A stretch of DNA of 64,000 bases, taken from Terriglobia bacterium. GTDB lineage: Bacteria; Acidobacteriota; Terriglobia; Acidiferrales; UBA7541. Below the pieces are notes generated by a model that was given only the letters and a program-made list of their open reading frames with translations, had not been told where the DNA came from and searched no databases. The position numbers and the translations under genes are program-made. The stretch covers positions 3,360,001 to 3,424,000 of the forward strand of contig OY968796.1 in the NCBI GenBank assembly GCA_963695545.1, given 5' to 3'. Below are positions 59,429 through 64,000 of this stretch, in pieces (position 1 is the stretch's first letter; each line of letters opens with the position of its first letter).

Positions 59429-59758
59429 ATGTCTCTAAAGCCATTCGATCCTCCGTGGGAATATCTTCGGCAAGCTTCCGCGACCTCTCTCCAAAGCTTC
59501 GAACTCTCGCGCTTGAATCACGCCGCCAACCTTCGGCACGAAATCGCCGCGCTGATGGATCAATGGCTCGAGGAGACCTCCCAAGCTATGCTCGCGCGCT
59601 GGCTTCTCGAAAATCGCGACCATGCGCGCGATACCCACACCGTCGAGACCGACGCAGAGACTCCATTGCCCGATTCCCTTCCCCCTGCGGCGATTCCCAA
59701 ATTGGTCCGCAGCGTTCGCGGCAAATCGCACGTCGCTCACGGCGGCGCGCTGCGCTGA
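59429..59758 (+). CDS. small helical hypothetical protein divergent from the cluster
   Basis: AAGGAG RBS, preceded by an AT-rich intergenic region. Confidence 0.65.
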   Translation: MSLKPFDPPWEYLRQASATSLQSFELSRLNHAANLRHEIAALMDQWLEETSQAMLARWLLENRDHARDTHTVETDAETPLPDSLPPAAIPKLVRSVRGKSHVAHGGALR

Positions 59759-59949
59759 AATTGGCCGCGCTTCAATCACGCGGATCGATTTCGTTCCCTT
59801 TTTTCCCGCGCGTTCGCTCCGCGCGTGATTCCCGTTGCCCCCCGCTTCAACCGAAAGAGCCATCGCCCGAATCGCCGCCGCAGTCGTCGCCGTCTCCGCC
59901 CCCGTCGTGGCCTCCGCAGTTGCTTTTGGTTCCTCGGCCGTTGTCATCC

Positions 59950-60190
59950 CCGCCGTCGTAGCCGTCTCTGCCATTGCCCTTGCTCCCTCTGCCGCGGCGT
60001 CCGGCGCATGCGTTTTCTCTCCAGCTGTTGTGACTTCCGCCACCATCGTCGCCTTCCTCGTCACCGCCGTCGTAGTCGTCCCTGCCATTGCCCTTGCTCC
60101 CTCTTCTGCGGCGTCCGGCGCATCCGTTTTCTCTCCAGCCGTTGGGACTTCCGCCATCATCGCCGCCTTCCTCGTCACCGGCGTCGCCCT
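59950..60190. repeat. 114-bp tandem duplication within a pyrimidine-rich low-complexity tract
   Basis: CGCCGTCGTAG..CTGCCATTGCCCTTGCTCCCTCT starts at 59951 and 60065. Confidence 0.8.
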
Positions 60191-61484
60191 CTCGGCCGTT
60201 GGAGTCCTATCCCGAGGTGCTTTGGCGTCCGCCGTCATCGCCGCCTTCCTCGCCACCGCCGTCGTCGTCTCGGCTCTTGTAGTCCTTGCCGGAGATGCTT
60301 GGCGTCCGCCGTCATCCCCAGTTTCGTCGGCGCTTCGCCTTCGTGGAGGTTTCCACCGTCAGCTCTAATTCCGTGGCCGTCGTTGCTATCGCCACCGCCG
60401 TACTTTTTCCGCGCCGTTGTTTTCTTCCTGCCAATCGACGTCCCGTTTTGTTTTGGCCACTTCGCTTTCGTTGCCGTCTTCGTTGTCATCGCCGTTTGCG
60501 CGACGATCTTTGACGTCCGCGCGTTCTTATATTTCCCGGTCGTCGTTCTCTTCTCGCTGATGGCGCCCCCCCGCCTTCGTTGTCGCCTCACGAGCGCCGC
60601 GATCTCCTCAGGCATCTCACTTTGTGAGCCGTCCGCGCCGATTTCTCGTGGCGTTCTCAATCCTGCCGGCTTCGTGGCCTGTCACCGCCGCGTTAGCTCC
60701 TCCGCCACCCCTATCTCAGCTTGACCTCGCGTCCGCCTTCGTTCACTCCCGCGCGTATGCCGTCGCTTCCGAAATCCGTCTCGCCCGCCGCAAATGCCTC
60801 CCTCCACAATCTTCTTCCCAAGATTCCTCCGATCACGCCCTCACCATTCCTTCCGTCCAGACCACCCTCGTCGCCGCCCCACCTCGAAACCTCAAACACC
60901 GCGTCCATCCGCTGCGTAAACTTCATCTCTTATATCGTCTGGGAGTTCGAGAGCGTGGGTGGGGCGAGTGAAACGTGGGTGTATCATTTGAGGTGACGCA
61001 GGGGATTGCGACAGGAATGAAATCAGTTGGGACGCGAATTGCGTAGCAGCTGAAAGCAACTGGAGAAACGTCCGATCGCGGAGGCAGGCGAGCGAGAACG
61101 AGAAATCGTGGAAGTCGATCGAAAAGCAAGTGAGGCGACTGCGAAATCAGTAAAGACGCTAGATGCGGCGTGAGAGCAAGAAGATCGGAAGCGAATTGCG
61201 TGGAGCGTGTGAGGCGCGGCCCCGGTATGCGATGGGCACGGGCAAAGGCGACGTGAGGTGTGGCGGAGAGCAACGGTGTGATTGGAGCGACGCTGAGCGC
61301 AGAAGAGTGCAAATCATCGGCGCGCCACGCGGTGGAACCAAAAGGAAGTTGTAAGAAATCGAGAAAGAATCTAAAAGAGATTTAACGAGCCCAGGAGAAG
61401 AAGCCGAAAGGGTTTTGGAGAACGTCGCGAAAGAATCGGAAAAGATTCGGACGGAAAATCGGGGATGAGAGGGCGGGACTGATC

Positions 61485-62942
61485 ATGGCGATGCGGAAAG
61501 AAAAAGATTCGCTGGGCGAGCGCGAGGTGCCAGCGGAGGCGTATTACGGGATTCAGACGCAGCGCGCGATCGAGAATTTTCCGATCAGCGGGCTGCGGGC
61601 GCATCCGGTGCTGATCCACGCGATGGGAATGATCAAGCAGGCCGCGGCGGAGGCTAACCGGGAGCTCGGCTTGCTCGACAAAAAGCGGGCGGACGCGATC
61701 ATCAAAGCCGCGCAAGAAGTGCAATCGGGCAAGCTGGACGATCAATTCCGCGTGGACGTTTATCAAGCGGGCGCGGGCGTGTCGTTCCACATGAACGCGA
61801 ACGAAGTGATCGCGAATCGCGCGATTGAAATTCTCGGCGGGAAGCGCGGCGACTACTCGGTGGTGAATCCGAACGATCACGTGAATTTCGGGCAATCGAC
61901 GAACGACGTTTTCCCAACAGCCATGCGGCTCGCAGCGGTGCTGCTGTTTGAGAGCGTGAAGGAATCGCTCGGCTTGCTCGAAGCCGCGTTCAGGCGCAAA
62001 GGCATACAGTTTGACCGCGTTTTGAAATCGGGGCGCACGCACATGATGGACGCGGTCCCCGTGCGGCTGGGCCAGGAATTCGCGGCGTACGCGACGGCGA
62101 TGCTGCGCGCGACGCTTGTACTGACGCAGGCGCAAGACCTGCTGCGCGAAGTCGGACTGGGCGGCTCGGCTGTGGGCACGGGAGTGAACACGCACCCGAG
62201 GTATCAGAAGCTCGCGGTGGCGAATTTGTCGCGCATCTCGGGACAGCCCTTGATGCCGACGGACGATCTGCGCTACGCGATGCAATCGAACCTCGCGATG
62301 TCGGTCGCCTCGTCGGCGCTGCGCAATCTGGCGCTCGAACTGATCCGCATCGCGAACGACCTGCGGCTGCTCTCGAGCGGGCCGAACACCGGCTTGGCCG
62401 AGATTGGCCTGAAGGCGCTGCAGCCCGGCTCGTCGATCATGCCGGGCAAGGTGAATCCGGTGCTTGCCGAACTCACGGCGATGGTCGGCTTCCAAGCGAT
62501 CGGCGCGGACGTCGCCACGGCGCTCGCGGTGCAAGCCGGGCAGCTCGATCTGAACGTGATGATGCCGGCGATGTCGTGGAACGTTTTGCACTCCGCCGAA
62601 ATCCTCAAGAACACCATGCGCGTGTTGGCCGAGCAGTGCGTCGACTCCATCACCGTGAACGAGGCGCGCTGCCGCTTCTACGCCAACGCCACGATCTCGC
62701 TCGCCGCCGCTCTGAATCCCTACATCGGTTACGCCGCTGCGGCCGAAATCGCGAAGGAAAGTGTGAAGACCGGACGCACCGTCACCGAGATCGCGCTCCA
62801 ACGCAATCTGCTCGATGAAGCTACGCTGCGCGAAATTCTCGATCCCATTCGCATGACGGAGCCCACGGCTCCGATTGAAACCGCGAAGAAGAAGACCCCG
62901 GCCGCCGCGCCGAAGGCTGCCCCGAAAAAGCGAAAGCGGTAA
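61485..62942 (+). CDS. aspA: aspartate ammonia-lyase (class II fumarase/aspartase superfamily)
   Basis: YYGIQTQRA, QSTND, GRTHMMDAVP and GSSIMPGKVNP signature. fumC not fully excluded. Confidence 0.85.
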   Translation: MAMRKEKDSLGEREVPAEAYYGIQTQRAIENFPISGLRAHPVLIHAMGMIKQAAAEANRELGLLDKKRADAIIKAAQEVQSGKLDDQFRVDVYQAGAGVSFHMNANEVIANRAIEILGGKRGDYSVVNPNDHVNFGQSTNDVFPTAMRLAAVLLFESVKESLGLLEAAFRRKGIQFDRVLKSGRTHMMDAVPVRLGQEFAAYATAMLRATLVLTQAQDLLREVGLGGSAVGTGVNTHPRYQKLAVANLSRISGQPLMPTDDLRYAMQSNLAMSVASSALRNLALELIRIANDLRLLSSGPNTGLAEIGLKALQPGSSIMPGKVNPVLAELTAMVGFQAIGADVATALAVQAGQLDLNVMMPAMSWNVLHSAEILKNTMRVLAEQCVDSITVNEARCRFYANATISLAAALNPYIGYAAAAEIAKESVKTGRTVTEIALQRNLLDEATLREILDPIRMTEPTAPIETAKKKTPAAAPKAAPKKRKR

Positions 62943-63631
62943 TCGTCCGGTATTCGCTGGCCTCTCGGCACACGACGGCCAGGCTTCAGGCTGGAGCACT
63001 CGTCTTTCTGGTTGGCACCCCCCACCCCCGGTATCCAATTCATAAAATGCAGAAAGAACGGGACTTCCAGGAAAAGTGTGGCGTAGGAGTTTGGAATTGA
63101 TTGAAACGAAGGGGCTTGCGGGATTGTGCTTGTCCTGTGTTTTCAATAAGACGCACACTGCTTTCGAGGAGTGCGGAAAGTAGTGAAAATGTGGGGCTTG
63201 CTGGTGCGATTTTACTGCTGATTTTGGCGTTTGCGGGCAGGTCCTTCGACTCGCTTGACGTGCGGCTCGTGCGCCACGGCGGGCAGGCTCGGGACTCGCA
63301 TGGTTTGAAGCAATGTGCTCCGCGCAGACCGGGACCGGATGCTCGGCTGCGGCGGGCAGGACCGACATGAACGCGAAACTGTGGGGCGCGCGAGCGGTCG
63401 AGGATGGTTCTTCGAGGTTCATGTGCCAGCATACCGCGCATGATTACGCTAAGTCAATAGGTGTCTATGAGTTAGTATTCGAATACTTCTGATGTTGGAG
63501 CGATTCGTGCACAGCCCAACTTTTGCTACACAAAGCATGGGCCGCCCGCCAACTATCTCCTTTGATTCACTTGACAATTCCAGTAGGCTCCTCGTTTATG
63601 AGCCTGAACACTTTGCGCGGAGGTCTGCACT

Positions 63632-64000
63632 ATGGATGAAGCCAAGCGTAGCGCATGGGCGCAACTCTGGGATGCGTCGTGGTTCGGAATCGGGTTCGGT
63701 ATGGCTGTCGGGGCGTTTGGGTCACTTCTGTCTAACAAGTATCTAGCGATTGCCGGGTGGATCTTAATGGCGGTCGAAATATTTAGGCACGATCTGTTTC
63801 GCAAGGGTTTAACGGTCAGAATCATCGCGGGAATTTGTTTGAGCGTGATGATCGGTTTGGTTGGTGTGTTTGTCTGGCATTACTTACCGAAGCCCGAACC
63901 GCCGCTGACATTTCGGGAGGCTAAGGAAGCATTTGGGCAAACGAAATCAACGGAGGCAACTAATAAAAACGCGTCTCCTGCTGTGTCGAGTGACGAAAAA
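63632..64000 (+). CDS. hypothetical membrane protein (runs off window)
   Basis: GGAGGT RBS, MDEAKRSAW..., three hydrophobic segments, no stop before the end. Confidence 0.6.
   Translation, partial: MDEAKRSAWAQLWDASWFGIGFGMAVGAFGSLLSNKYLAIAGWILMAVEIFRHDLFRKGLTVRIIAGICLSVMIGLVGVFVWHYLPKPEPPLTFREAKEAFGQTKSTEATNKNASPAVSSDEK

Larger units (their letters stand above)
23771..59758 (-). mobile_element. podovirus-like prophage remnant / gene-transfer-agent-like cluster (boundaries approximate)
   Basis: Co-oriented terminase, portal, capsid, adaptor, nozzle-like, tailspike-like and SLT genes. No integrase, repressor or att pair recognised. Confidence 0.8.

Noticed and set aside
60910..60945. Second dif site at the skew flip
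   Set aside because: No convincing XerD arm or 11-6-11 geometry.
59435..61354. ORFs in the low-complexity tract
   Set aside because: Repeat-derived, with no RBS or family features and several frames open simultaneously.
61371..63422. 683-aa minus-strand ORF
   Set aside because: Shadow of aspA plus repeat-derived sequence.

Overview
GC-rich bacterial window. Gene content (Ser/Thr kinase-TPR, Oar-type TonB-dependent receptor, DUF885, dense GTAG-type REPs) suggests Acidobacteriota, which is an inference. 1-23.7 kb holds host genes: kinase, FAD alditol oxidase, carbonic anhydrase, nadE, DsbA, two paralogous LysRs, a GNAT/DUF1778 toxin-antitoxin pair and a TBDR. It also has an IS3-family copy and a dif-like site at which strand GC skew appears to flip. 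About 23.8-59.8 kb is a minus-strand podovirus-like gene cluster (regulators, two tailspike/fibre-like genes with signal peptides, holin-like gene, terminase, portal, capsid, adaptor, nozzle, lytic transglycosylase). It has host-like composition, many REPs, no recognisable integrase or repressor, and several lesions, so it looks like a domesticated prophage or gene-transfer-agent-like element. The most striking cargo is a ~300 bp module. It encodes a tRNA with a Gly (GCC) anticodon but alanine acceptor identity (G3-U70, G2-C71, A73), followed by a separately promoted and terminated ~59-nt RNA whose first 14 nt are exactly antisense to that tRNA's anticodon arm. This is a candidate tRNA-toxin/antisense-RNA system. 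The window ends with aspA and a partial membrane protein.
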